64,000 nucleotides of DNA, taken from the NCBI GenBank assembly GCA_964016885.1, contig OZ024743.1:220906001-220970000 (forward strand), read 5' to 3'. This document shows positions 1-12,624 of the stretch, in pieces. Numbering within the stretch: the first letter of the stretch is position 1; every line of letters begins with the position of its first letter. The DNA is from Eledone cirrhosa (Eukaryota). The notes under the pieces were generated by a model. The model saw only the letters and a program-made list of their open reading frames with translations. It searched no databases and had not been told where the DNA came from. The translations under genes and the position numbers were made by a program.

Positions 1-1564
1 TGGTCGGATAATGTGTGATGGTAATGGATTACTGTGATTCGTTTTAGTATTGATAGTGACAATATTACATCATAACTTTCATCGTCATCGCTTTGCTTAC
101 ATCAGTAAGAGAACTATGATTAATGTGCTCTTTGAATGTTATATGGAGATGGTGATGTTGATTGTACGGATGTTTAACAACAGTGTAGCACCAATAGACC
201 AGAGATATGATTAATAACGTTCACACCAGGACCAGCTTCACTTTCCTGCATGTCTAATTTATACATTATTCTACTTGTCCTTCTCTTTTTGCAAGGAGGT
301 AGAAGATTGTGAAGTGACAGAGATTTGGCTACTCTTCCTAACAGGCAGAGCTACCAAATATGGTGTTAATGATAGTAGTCGTATTGGTAATAGCAATAAT
401 ATCGGTGAGGTAACTCCAATAGCATTTCGTGATGGCCCACTGAAATTTTATTGAGTCGGGTCACAACTCGTCAAAATTTCTCATTTCTAAATAGAGCTAG
501 ATAGGTTGTGACAGATGATACTCCTACACAATGAAGTACTTTAGGAGTTATCACACCAAGACTACTACCACATGCGCTACATTTATGCGAGGAAACATTT
601 GCTAATGTTATAGCACAGTAATTAGAACTCTATCCTCCACTCATCAGATTTACATTCAAGCTAGTGCCAACCAATAGCTTTGTAGTTTTCCCTACTGAAA
701 TTACCTTGTATCGACCTTCCAACTATATGCACCGTTGACTATATATAATCTGTGAACTACTTCAACTGTTAACATTGTCAAATAGATATCATAATATACC
801 TATAGTTTCAATCTTTCTCACCCATGCTTACAAATATTATTTTGTAGATGATAAGATGAGTTTCCAGGTTATTGTCGTTGTTGTCTTCTTCATCTCAGCC
901 ACCTCTTACGATCGAGTAAACCTATGCTCAAAATATTTTCAGCCATGACACTTTACTATAAGCTATCTGGTAGTTTTCGTTGCTACATCTCACTGGCGTA
1001 TTTTACAATTGACTACATAAAAACACATCTCACGTCTAATATGGTATTGCTTCATCATTTGTTTGTTAGTTAGATTTTTTTGTTATTCTTCGTTATATTC
1101 TTTCCTTCTATTTCAGTCTTCTCATGTCTTTCCTTATTTCAAACATTTCCTTATTTCTACGTATGTGAGAACTTGTGATTGTAAAGAAAGGATTTGGAAA
1201 TATTTTTTTTTAAATAGGTTCTGGAGACGAACAATATTTGAACGACTTCCCAGAGTCAACGAAGAACAAGAAAATCTATTCAGCGGGAAAGATGAACAGA
1301 AATATAAACAATAAACCAAACCAAACAATAAAAAGGAAAATGAGAGAGAAATAACATTGAAGAGGTAGAGAAAACATTGTGAGATAAAATGCTATTAGAA
1401 AAGTAAACAAGTTTTGGAAATATATTTTTTCCTCGCGTTGTATGAGGCAACAAGCCGAGTTAGAAAAATATGAGCCACGCATATGCAGTCAATACACACA
1501 CACACACGCACACACATATATAAATGTATATATATATATATATAAATAAATAAATAAATAAATA

Positions 1565-1630
<66 letters not shown>

Positions 1631-2089
1631 GTGTGTCTGAGGTGTGCTTGTGTGTGTGTTTGTACGTGTAGGTAGGGCCATTAATATACGCATATGTAGT
1701 GTTAAATGTATGGTATACGGATATGTCGGACAGATGCTAGAGGTAACAGACATATGGGCCAACACTCCTGAGTACAAAGGAAGTACATAATATTATATAA
1801 TGCACAGTAAAATGTAAGAGATGTTGATGGCTACGACAGCACCATTGATAATATTTGCTCAATCAAAGTCGACCTCTGACTAATACATTGTAATTACGTG
1901 GATTTAATTAATATAAGGTAGTAACTAGATTTTCACTGATGTAAACGTAATAACATGGCTTTGAGTAATAATAGTATGTAATTACTTGACTTTGAATATT
2001 ATAATGCAATTTGTATACTGATGTGACACAAACATTTTGTTATGTCACCCAAGTAAGTCCTGGCTCCTCATTATTATAATTAGAAACGA

Positions 2090-2304
2090 GGGCGGTGGAT
2101 TAGCAGTATCGGTAGAGGGTCGGACGCCATGCTTTCCAGCATATAGTTACGGCTCTTTATGATCTGAGCTCAAATCCCACCGAGGTTAACTTTGCCTTCC
2201 ATCCTTATGGGGTCGATAAAATAAAGTACCAGTCACGCACTGGGGTAGATTTAATCGACTTTCCTGTCCCCCCCCAAATTACTCCTTGTGCCTATATAAG
2301 AAAC
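2090..2304 (+). mobile_element. tRNA-derived cephalopod-type SINE, full length, with 21-bp target-site duplication
   Basis: A-box-like ggcggtggattagcagtatcggtag, B-box-like gagctcaaatccc, body gttaactttgccttccatccttatggggtcgataaaataaagtaccag. Direct repeat cattattataattagaaacga at 2069-2089 and 2305-2325. Confidence 0.85.
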
Positions 2305-2425
2305 CATTATTATAATTAGAAACGATCAAGTTATGACTATCTTGCCTTTCATTCAGACATGGATTATGACCCAGATTTGTGGATTCCCCGGTCTCAGCAC
2401 CACAGAATTTCAATATATACATACC

Positions 2426-2520
<95 letters not shown>

Positions 2521-2638
2521 TTGTGTGTGTGTGTTGGGTAATTCCGAAGAAAAAGCGAAGGAAAGAGGGTCCTGAAACCTTTGGTAATAGAGTAGTTATA
2601 TATTGTGTTGTTCACTTTTTAATTATATATATATATAT

Positions 2639-2925
<287 letters not shown>

Positions 2926-3100
2926 AGGACGTACTGTTGTACATACGAAATGTGTATAATAAAATGAAATTGATCAAAAGAACATCTATTTTATTAATAT
3001 TTGTATTTTAATTTATATATATATATATATATATATATAAATATATATAAACATTATATACGTATACTATACATGAATATATATATACCTATAGATATAT

Positions 3101-3142
<42 letters not shown>

Positions 3143-3465
3143 ACACACATACAACATACACAAAATAAAAACAAAATGCGATCTCACAAAATGCGACTCT
3201 TCCGCGTACACATATAAGTACAATAGATCCACAGACTCTGATACCACCTCGACACGACACACTATCGTGCACACCGGACTACTTTATCCATCCTGATAAA
3301 CACTTATTCCCCTTCAAAGTTTCTTCAACTTCTCCATTCTCCTTTCTCCTAAATTTACTTCTGGCGAAGGATTAACATTGGATACTTTGAGACATTCCTT
3401 TTCCAACAAGCTGTAAATTAATGAGACATCGTGAGGTTGTACACTGTTTGTCTTTTATAATCTCA

Positions 3466-3497
<32 letters not shown>

Positions 3498-3499
<2 letters not shown>

Positions 3500-3707
3500 C
3501 GAAGGAAATGCGGTAAGGACCCAAGTGGACCATAACGCACCAAAGTACTCAATACTTAGGGTAGTAGAGTGGGTAATAGGAACGAGTAGGACCCCGACGG
3601 CTGAGCTCAAGCCGTTTCGACGGCTAATTCTGGACTAAAATGATTTTAGTCCAGAATTAGCCGTCGAAACGGCTTGAGCTCAGCCGTCGGGGTCCTACTC
3701 GTTCCTA
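3498..3707 (-). mobile_element. Fold-back half-hammerhead element (family A), copy 1, in (TA)n
   Basis: Near-perfect palindrome 3576-3708 plus a ~78-bp unique tail; contains GAAACGGCT-TGAGCTC-AGCCGTC; (TA)n on both sides. Confidence 0.85.
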
Positions 3708-4302
3708 TATATATATATATATATATATGTGTGTATATATATGCATAAAGTGCTCTTTTACAGGGCGTCATAAAAAGGATGATAGATCTTTTACTATAAT
3801 CATTCTTCAGAACCTCACTAGCTTGAGTAGCAAAACCTCAATAATGAACTGCTTCATTCCATTCCTAAGAACTTTGTATCCTCATCTTTATAAATAGATT
3901 ATCATTCTCCTTTTATGCACCTTGGATTTGAACTTGAAATGTTACTCAGCAGGTCACAAGCTTATCACCTGTGTCGTCGCCGGTGAACAGCCCCACTCCT
4001 AAACAGGCGCTAATCAGTAGTAGCTTCAATCGCTGGTACTGATTTAGCTTAAGAAAGATGGACAAGAGAGTCATGAAATAAAGTGACTTACTCGAAAAAA
4101 AAAGCACTGTTCGCTCCAGAAATAGATCTTGGGTCTTTAGTGACACGAACACAATACTATAAACACCTGACCGCACTCCTTCACTCATATAGGTTAATAA
4201 GAGTATAAATAATTAGTAATAATAATAGGATTGGTTGTATACATACACACACACATATATACATATATTATATATATTTTATTATATATATATATACATA
4301 TA

Positions 4303-5010
4303 CGATCTCGCTGAAATTATATTTGTATTAATCTTCCGTGCCTATTAGTTAATACTATTAGACTATTCTATTGACTAATTAATTGCTTAAGTTTATTTAA
4401 AAACATCTGGTCGAGAGCTTACTTCCATTTGTGCAGTCTTTTGCAATTCTTGCAATAATTTTACACATTTTGAATGCATCCGCCAAAAACCGGGGTTACC
4501 TCCCGCTCAGGGTAAACACGTGGTGTAGTCACTCCACCATTACTACTGCACTGGAACACGCCCGCCCGCCGGCTGAGAACAAAATATCTGTTGACGAAAT
4601 GGCAGCCTTGTTCGATTGTTATACCAAAAGCTTACAACGAAAGCAGGCAGTATAATTGATTTAAATGTCACAGAAACCTGCCACTGGATTCTACCATCAA
4701 TTTCCAGGAGATCCATGTAAATTCTTTTGTTAACCTGTTTAGCTTTCTTCGTTTTTTTTTTGGCTCAGGTGGCTGATAGCTTCACGACCACTGTTTTCCT
4801 TTTGTCTGGCGTCTATAACGTATGTTAATTGCTCTGGTCTTCTTTTAGTCCATGGAGCGCTTGCCCCATATCTCAAAAACTGCGTCTCGCTTTGATTTTG
4901 GCCACCGCCGAAATACAATCTCGCTGAAATTATATTTGTATTAATCTCCCTGGCCTAGCAATTAATTAGTTAATTCTATTAGACTACGATCTCGCTGAAA
5001 TTATATATTT
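4303..5010. mobile_element. Unclassified interspersed element with repeated termini
   Basis: atctcgctgaaattatat occurs at ~4305, ~4918 and ~4989; inverted actaattaattgct/agcaattaattagt at ~4373 and ~4957; (TA)n flanks. Confidence 0.35.
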
Positions 5011-5174
5011 ATATATATATATATATATGAATGGCAGTTCTGATGAATGTAAAATGCAATAAGCAAATTCTGCAATGCAAAAGGTTTGGACTTGTTGCGC
5101 ATGCTTGTGTACATTTTCATTTCTTTCTCATCCCTTTCGGTAGACTTTCTGTATGCAACTCTCTCTCTCTATCT

Positions 5175-5261
<87 letters not shown>

Positions 5262-5287
5262 TTGTATAAAACAAAAATAATAAATAA

Positions 5288-5412
5288 TTGTTTCTACTTT
5301 TAGCACGAGGCCAGCAATTATCCCACTGTATTACCGGTACTTTATTTTATCGACCCCGTAAGAATGAAAGGCAAAGTTAACCTCGACGGGATTTGAACTC
5401 AGACCGTAAATA
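5288..5412 (-). mobile_element. SINE (same family as 2090), partial
   Basis: ggtactttattttatcgaccccgtaagaatgaaaggcaaagttaacctcgacgggatttgaactcag is the reverse complement of the SINE body. Confidence 0.8.
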
Positions 5413-5533
5413 ACGATAAAATGCATCCAACAACTATATGGAAAGAATTATCCCCATTAACGTATTGGGAATAATAATTGAAAAAGTTTAAATCCTGAAA
5501 AGCTTGGAATCGGAAAATTTAATTTATTCGGTT

Positions 5534-5535
<2 letters not shown>

Positions 5536-5600
<65 letters not shown>

Positions 5601-5673
5601 GCTGCTGCTACTGCTGCTCTGTTGCTGCTGTTCCTTCTACTTCTACTACTTCCACTAATACTACTGCTGCTGT

Positions 5674-5741
<68 letters not shown>

Positions 5742-5748
5742 TTACTAC
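5536..5748. repeat. (TAC)n/(TGC)n trinucleotide microsatellites
   Basis: Direct reading. Confidence 0.95.
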
Positions 5749-6687
5749 TTTACCGAGTCGTAGCTATTATGTACATAATAAAGATTTCCAATCAATAAAA
5801 TATGCCTCAATTATTGACCATTATTAATATTCAGTAATGCACTGGATAATTGCTGGCCTTGTGCCAAAAGTAGAAACAATCATTAATATTACTACAACTA
5901 CTACCATTATTATTATTATTATTTTCATTGTTATTATTATCATCATCATCATCATCATCGTCGTCATCATTATTGTTATTAATATTATTATCTGTCTTTT
6001 TCACCATCCTAATTTCTTGACATTATATTCTGTGTGATGTGTTGCGTTGTTCTGTTGTTGTTATTTCTGTGACTGTTTGTTTGTTTTGTTTTTTTCAACA
6101 TTAATTTTGTCCGTGTTGTTTTATTTTATTTTATTTTATTTTATTTTATTTTATTTTATTTTATTTTATTTCATTTTATTTTATTTTATTTTATTTTATT
6201 TTATTTTATTCAAATTTTATTCTATATCGACATAATTTTATTTGTTATTTATTTTATTTGTTAATATTTTTTTTTGTTTTTCTATTTTTTTTTTTGTATC
6301 GTTTTCTTATTCTGGCGGGTTTCTGGTAATTAGAAACTCTGTTGTTGATCTTTTGTTCGGAAGATATCTGCCATCGTTAGCCTGGCAATGTTCGGCATCA
6401 AAGAGAATCAATTAGATATCACTTGACTCGTAAAATAGAATGATACAAAAAAAGTATAATAATAATAAAAACTAATGAATAAATAAATAAATAAATAAAT
6501 AACAAAATAATAAATCAATAAAAAAAAATAAATGAATAAAAAAAATATGAAACAAAAGAAGGCAAATGAAAGAAAATGAAAAGTGTGAACAGATGTAAAC
6601 AAGTCGTGTTTCGTATCGTTTCCTATCGTTTGTTATAAAACTAACGCTTCCCTTGTATTTATCAGTTCCACACTATTAAAGACGGCA

Positions 6688-6688
<1 letters not shown>

Positions 6689-6768
<80 letters not shown>

Positions 6769-6787
6769 AAAATATATAATATACATA

Positions 6788-6833
<46 letters not shown>

Positions 6834-7126
6834 ATCTGTATAAGTATGTATCTATATATATATAGAAATATATATATATGTATAATTATATAAATGTATA
6901 TGTATATATGTATATATATATTATATATATATATATATATATAATATATATTTATACATATATATATATATAAGTGTATATATACATACATATATATATA
7001 TATATAATGTATATATATATATATATATAATGTATATATAATGTATATATATATATATATATATATACATATATAGTATATATATACATATATATATTAT
7101 ATATATATATATGTGTATATATATAT

Positions 7127-7199
<73 letters not shown>

Positions 7200-7300
7200 C
7201 TGCCGTCACACACATAATATATATATATGTGTATGTATGTTTGTACTCATGTATGCATATATGCATATGTACATATGTACATATGTACATATGTACATAT
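6689..7300. repeat. Compound (TA)n/(CA)n microsatellite
   Basis: Direct reading. Confidence 0.95.
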
Positions 7301-7514
7301 GTACCTTACGGCGGGTAGGCTTGCTGCTCCCAATAGGTTGAGATTAAATTTGGCGATATTTGGCTGCGCTTTCTAGCAGCAAGCCTACCCGCCGTAAGCA
7401 ACCAATCACATTCTTTCTCTCTGGCTTGACCACAGCCACATAGCGATTCTTAGCCATTTTTGAATCTATTTTTGGCGGGATCGGATTGAAAAACTAGATG
7501 TCTGATTTTGAGTT

Positions 7515-7593
7515 TGTCTCCTGATGAATCCTAACTCAGGACGTTCCTATTATTTGGATGTCTAAAAATAAGGAAGAAACCATGGTAGAGATA
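7515..7593 (+). ncRNA. Type I hammerhead ribozyme with enlarged stem II region
   Basis: tgtctc CTGATGA (7521-7527), a-tcct...agga-a, GAAAC catg GTA gagata; 6-bp stem I, palindromic stem III ACCATGGT. Confidence 0.65.
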
Positions 7594-7944
7594 TAATTAC
7601 GGTATGTGCGCATTTCTTCTAAGTTTAATTTTACACCTAATTGTGTATGGTTGATGGTATATTTAGTCAGTTTCTCCATGCTGTCGAAATGTTGGATAAA
7701 TACTCGATTGAGGCCGCCGCGAAGAGGCTACGTTCGGTTATTTGTTGGAGATTTCCCCATAAGAGCTTTCATTCTTATAGCTTGTTCTAATTGTTTTTTA
7801 TATGGTTAGTTATGCTAATTAGAAGAAGAAATAGTATATATTTTATTATCTGATGATTCTAAAGACATGATTTATGATATATATATATATATATCCCTTA
7901 TATATCCATTAGGTTGAGAAATCAATTTAACGCACGGCACTAAC

Positions 7945-10267
7945 ATGGAAAGACACTATATAGGAATGTCCTTAAAAAACATACCTATACCTACAAATAA
8001 GGAATATATGCTCGGTATGATACAAATAACTAATGACTTTATCCGTAGAATCAGATGGAAAGCATATCATTACGTCAAAGGACATAATAATAGTGATAGA
8101 AATAATGGGTCAACCAGTGAAAAATATTGGTTTAGATCCTGCAAAAATCCACCAAGCAACCCACAACTTATGCCTTTGAACTTGACCTCATGAACATGAT
8201 AAAAAAACTAAATTAAAAAAACGAACACACCATAACAAACTGCAAAATAACATCAATGCACTACTAAAAAAATTGCGTAACACCAACGGTATTTTAGTAA
8301 TGGCAGACAAAACATCAAATGTATAAACCATGAGCCTTAATACATACAACTTTATACGCCGGGAATTATATAAAAAATACAAGAAAGCTACAGTCTACAC
8401 TCAATAGCATAAACAAGCAAGGTTTTAACAAAACTTAAAATATCTGATAGAACCGAACCTCTAACCCCCTGTAAACCCACTTTTAATCTGAAGGATCATA
8501 AATGTAACTTCGAAACTAACCCTACTATTAGATTAATATGTCCATCAAAATCAGATATAGGCAGAATTAGCAAGTTTATACTAGATAGTATAATACCACA
8601 AATTAAAGAACAACTAAAAATTAAGCTCTGGGGTAAGACAAATGAAGCAATAGATTGGTTTAATAAATTAGACAATAGAGAATATTCCGACTTTATACAA
8701 TTTGACATAAATGAGTACTACTGTTCTATTTCCCCCAGTAACCCGAAATAAGGCACTATCCTTTGCACAAAAAAACTCTGACCTTTCAGCAGATGAAATT
8801 AAAATAATACTAGCTGCTAGAGGAACAATCATTAAATTCGACAATAGTTACTGGGGGCGAAAAAATAGACAGAATAACTTCGATATAACTATGGGATCAA
8901 ATGATTCAGCCCAAGTTACAGACATTGTCGGAATTTATATAGCACATTTCTTACATAGGGAATTTGATAACCTACAAGGAGGAATCTATAGAGACGATAC
9001 ACTCCTTTTAGCTAAAAACCTAAATAATCAAAACTTAGAAAGATTAAGGAAAAAGATTAGAAAATTCTTTAATAATTTAGGCCTTAACATCACTTTTGAA
9101 CCCAACTCTAAAAATGCTAACTTCTTAGATGTATCGCTCAACCTTAACTCAGGACTAATAGAACCCTTCCATACAAATAATGAAAATTTAGCTTACATTG
9201 ATTATAACTCTAATCACCCTCGATCCATAATTAACTCCATAGCACATAGTATATCCCTTAGAATCTCGCGCCTATCTTCTAACCTAGAGATTTTTAACGA
9301 ACACGCTAACTACTACAACATAGCTTTACTTAAGGCAGGCCATAAAGAGAGACTCAAATACATACCAGATACAAAAAATAACAACACACTTAATATTAAT
9401 AGTACTATCCACACCTATAAAACAACAAATCTAGGACTAAACATAGACATTGGCAACAAGCGCGTAAATTAAATGAACAGAATACTAATATAAAGACCAC
9501 TAATAACTATAGAAGATGCAGAAATAGAAATTACTTATGGTTCAATCCAATGTTTAACTCCTCTATAAAAACAAAACTACCTTACACTTTCTTCAAATTA
9601 GTTGACAAACGCTTCCCTAAAATTCATAAATATCATAAAATCTTTAATAGAAAAACTATCAAACTATCATACTCCACTGCCAACAACATAGAATCACACA
9701 TACATAAAATTAACTATAAAATAATTTATAATACGAGTGGCCCGCAAATAAGTACCATCATTATCACAACCAAACACACGTCAGAACACATCACCACAAT
9801 ACATCAACAAACCCAATTCTCAGCCCATACATAGCAACCTACAAAACCATATCGAAGAACCGGCGCATAGAAAAGCATCTAAATATAACTGCCATCTACC
9901 TGACAAATGCCCTTTACAAAATAGATGCCTAGAGACAAATATAGTATACCTATGTACTATAGATTCAGGTAGCTCAGCATGGCATTACATTGGTTCCACA
10001 GCTGGGGGGTTTAAGAAAAGGTGGTACGTACGTAGACACTCTATGATTAACAGGAATCTCTTAAGTACAACGACTCTCGCCAATAAAATCTGGCAACTCA
10101 AGGATGCAAATGCCTATCAAATTGGTATGTCCCACTGCGGTCTCTGTAATATGGAACTTTTCCAAATTTTAAATTACAACAAAATGTTTCTTAACAGTAA
10201 AATTGAAAGAACTATTTCCTGCCGACATAAATCGGCGATCAAATTTGAGAACTTTAGACCAGTTTGA
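7945..10267 (+). pseudogene. Penelope-like retroelement ORF (reverse transcriptase + C-terminal GIY-YIG endonuclease), disrupted by frameshifts and stops
   Basis: Motifs across frames: SLKNIPIP, FIRRIRWKA, ADKTSN, RLICPSKSDIGRISK, FIQFDI, MGSNDSAQV, catalytic YRDD, NFLDVSLNL, SNHP, WFNP, KIFNRKTIKLSYS. From 9881: YNC-x5-CPLQNRCLETNIVY...YIGST...FKKRW...IWQLK...CGLC...LN...CRH. Confidence 0.93.
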
Positions 10268-11080
10268 TTCCATCTCATCTATTCCATAACCCAGATTGTA
10301 CCACTTAGATCTATTGTAATATCACATTATCAGCACCATCATCATTATAATTTTGATTATAATTATAATTGTCATCATCTATCAAAGTACAACATCAACC
10401 TCTTATATTTACACTCTTATTTTATATATCTCTATCTTTCACTCTCTATCTTTATATTTCTCTCCCTAAATTTATTTCATCTCTGACATTTATTTTATCA
10501 TAATATAACTTAAAACTAATTAATTAATTAATTTATCAACATAACCAATATAAATATATTTAACTTTATCATATTTTTACCTTCATATCTCTCCTTATAT
10601 TTTAACAATTCTCAAAAATCACTCTCAATAATTTTAATATGTTTAAATATTCTTCGCACATTTCTACTTCTTTTACGTATTTATTTTCATTTTTCATTTT
10701 TCACCTTTTATACCATTTTATATCACGTTAGATGTAATTTATTTATTTATTTATTAATTTATTTATTTTTATCTATTTTTTATATATTTATTTTTATTTT
10801 TATTTACATTTATCCATGTATTAAAGTTTATTCATTTATTGCTGATATCATTACTTTTCCCTCTATCCTACGTTACTCCTCCTTATGCCTGTCTCTCTTC
10901 TGTCTACCATAATTTTCCATATATTTTCTTCTCTTTATATTTTTCTCTGTATTCATTTCTTCTTCTTCTTCTTCTTCTTCTTTTTTCTTTTTCCTTTCTT
11001 TTCTTTCTTTACTGTATCTATCTCCCTTTCTTCCTTCTTTTCTCTCTCTATCTTTATTATTAATATTATTATTGATGATG

Positions 11081-11272
11081 TAGGGCGGTGGATTGGCAGT
11101 ATCGGTAGAGGGTCGGACGCCATGCTTTCCAGCATAGTTACGTCCCTTTACGATCTGAGTTCAAATCCCGCCGAGGTTGACTTTGCCTTTCATCCTTACG
11201 GGCTCGATAAAATAAAGTACCAGTAATGCACTGGGTAATTGCTGGCCTTGTGCCTAAAGTAGAAACAATTAT
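11081..11272 (+). mobile_element. SINE (same family as 2090) inserted in the PLE 3' region
   Basis: ggcggtggattggcagtatcggtagag...gagttcaaatcccgccgagg...ccttgtgcctaaagtagaaacaattattatt. Confidence 0.88.
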
Positions 11273-11354
11273 TATTGGATGTGTTAATGTTATTATTGAT
11301 GATGTAATTTGAATTTGTAAATTTGCCGGTTATATATATTTTGTATTTTTTATA

Positions 11355-11466
11355 ACAGTATCCGAAGATCTGATCGAGCTAACATCGTATTTAAAATCGA
11401 GTGGCACTACCTCTAGTGTTCAGCAATTTTTAGACATCTTTATCAGTGAAACAATTGTTAGACTGT
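11355..11466 (+). ncRNA. Type I hammerhead-like motif, CCGAAGA core variant, long stem II loop
   Basis: acagtat CCGAAGA t-ctgat...(~65 nt)...atcag-t GAAAC aatt GTT agactgt; second, more decayed copy at ~17114-17223. Confidence 0.6.
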
Positions 11467-11521
11467 AAAAAAATGCCCTTTTTTGTACTGTTGGCGATGT
11501 TACTCTCCACTTTTTCAATTT

Positions 11522-11557
<36 letters not shown>

Positions 11558-11558
<1 letters not shown>

Positions 11559-11737
11559 GTAGGTCCCGGGTTGAGTCGGGGATAACCACAGTAAGTAAGG
11601 TACTCAATACATGGCAGAGTAAATTTTTTTATTTTATAGAAGGAGCTTCTACAGGACTAGTACTGTTTCATTCAGATGAAATCTTCAGGAAGCTGGGTGT
11701 CATCTGAATGAGACAGTACTAGTACTGTAGAAGCTCC

Positions 11738-11744
<7 letters not shown>
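11558..11744 (-). mobile_element. Short hammerhead element in (TA)n with an inverted partial copy
   Basis: 11635-11679 is repeated in inverted form at 11700-11744; (TA)n on both sides. Confidence 0.75.
11644..11694 (-). ncRNA. Type I hammerhead ribozyme, apparently intact
   Basis: Minus strand reads agcttc CTGAAGA t-ttc-atct-gaa-t GAA ACAG tactagtc CTGT A gaagct: 6-bp stem I, 4-bp stem III, GUA cleavage triplet. Confidence 0.85.
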
Positions 11745-11798
<54 letters not shown>

Positions 11799-11933
11799 TA
11801 TATACATATATTATATATATACATATATACATATATATATACATATATTATATATATACATATATACATATATTTACATATATATATATATTATATATAT
11901 ATATATATATATATCTACCTATCTATCTATGTA

Positions 11934-11979
<46 letters not shown>

Positions 11980-12564
11980 TGTGCTCGAGTGTGTGCGTCT
12001 ACTTTTCTATTTTTGTTTATGAATCTACATATAAAAAGAAAGAGAAAGGAAATATATTTAGAAAGTATTTAAATTAAATTAAGGTGATTGAATATCAATT
12101 GAATTTGATGAGTACTTCCACTTAGCAAGCAGTTTCATCTCAAATAATTATTGTTCGGAGACGAGAAACCTTGCATTATTTTTAATTTCTCAGTAAGACA
12201 GAGACGACATCTTTAGGTACCATCCGCGTAAACTCCGGATCTTAATATATTTTCTTTCTCTTTGATACAATACATTTTTTTTACTATGCTACTCTAAACC
12301 TTAATAAATATTACCAACTCTATATTACATATCACCACATAATACCATACATATAATTTCAATTTATATCTTGGAGTTATTTCCCTTTGTTATAATACGT
12401 TTTCTGCGTTTTACCCCCTACAATTTTAACGGCATCTTAAGAACTCGTATAAGCACCTGAAGATTAGTTCATAATTTTTATCCCTCTTACAAGATGGGGA
12501 GATAATACCAATATTCGGCCTTGAATATAAGTTGCGCTTTTACTCCTTGTATGATCATAAATAT

Positions 12565-12624
<60 letters not shown>

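Larger units (their letters stand above)
7896..11522 (+). mobile_element. Near full-length decayed Penelope-like element in (TA)n, probably ending in a hammerhead-bearing pseudo-LTR
   Basis: (TA)n at ~7877-7894 and from ~11522; ORF, AT-rich 3' region, SINE insertion, then HHR at 11355-11466. Assigning that terminus to this ORF is inferred from position only. Confidence 0.6.

Noticed and set aside
1218-1314. Possible exon after a polypyrimidine-AG
   Set aside because: No recognisable protein similarity or partner exons; cannot be supported without transcript data.
2545-2592. CCGAAGA...GAAACctttgGTA possible hammerhead
   Set aside because: Stems I and II are too weak to call; possibly a decayed member.
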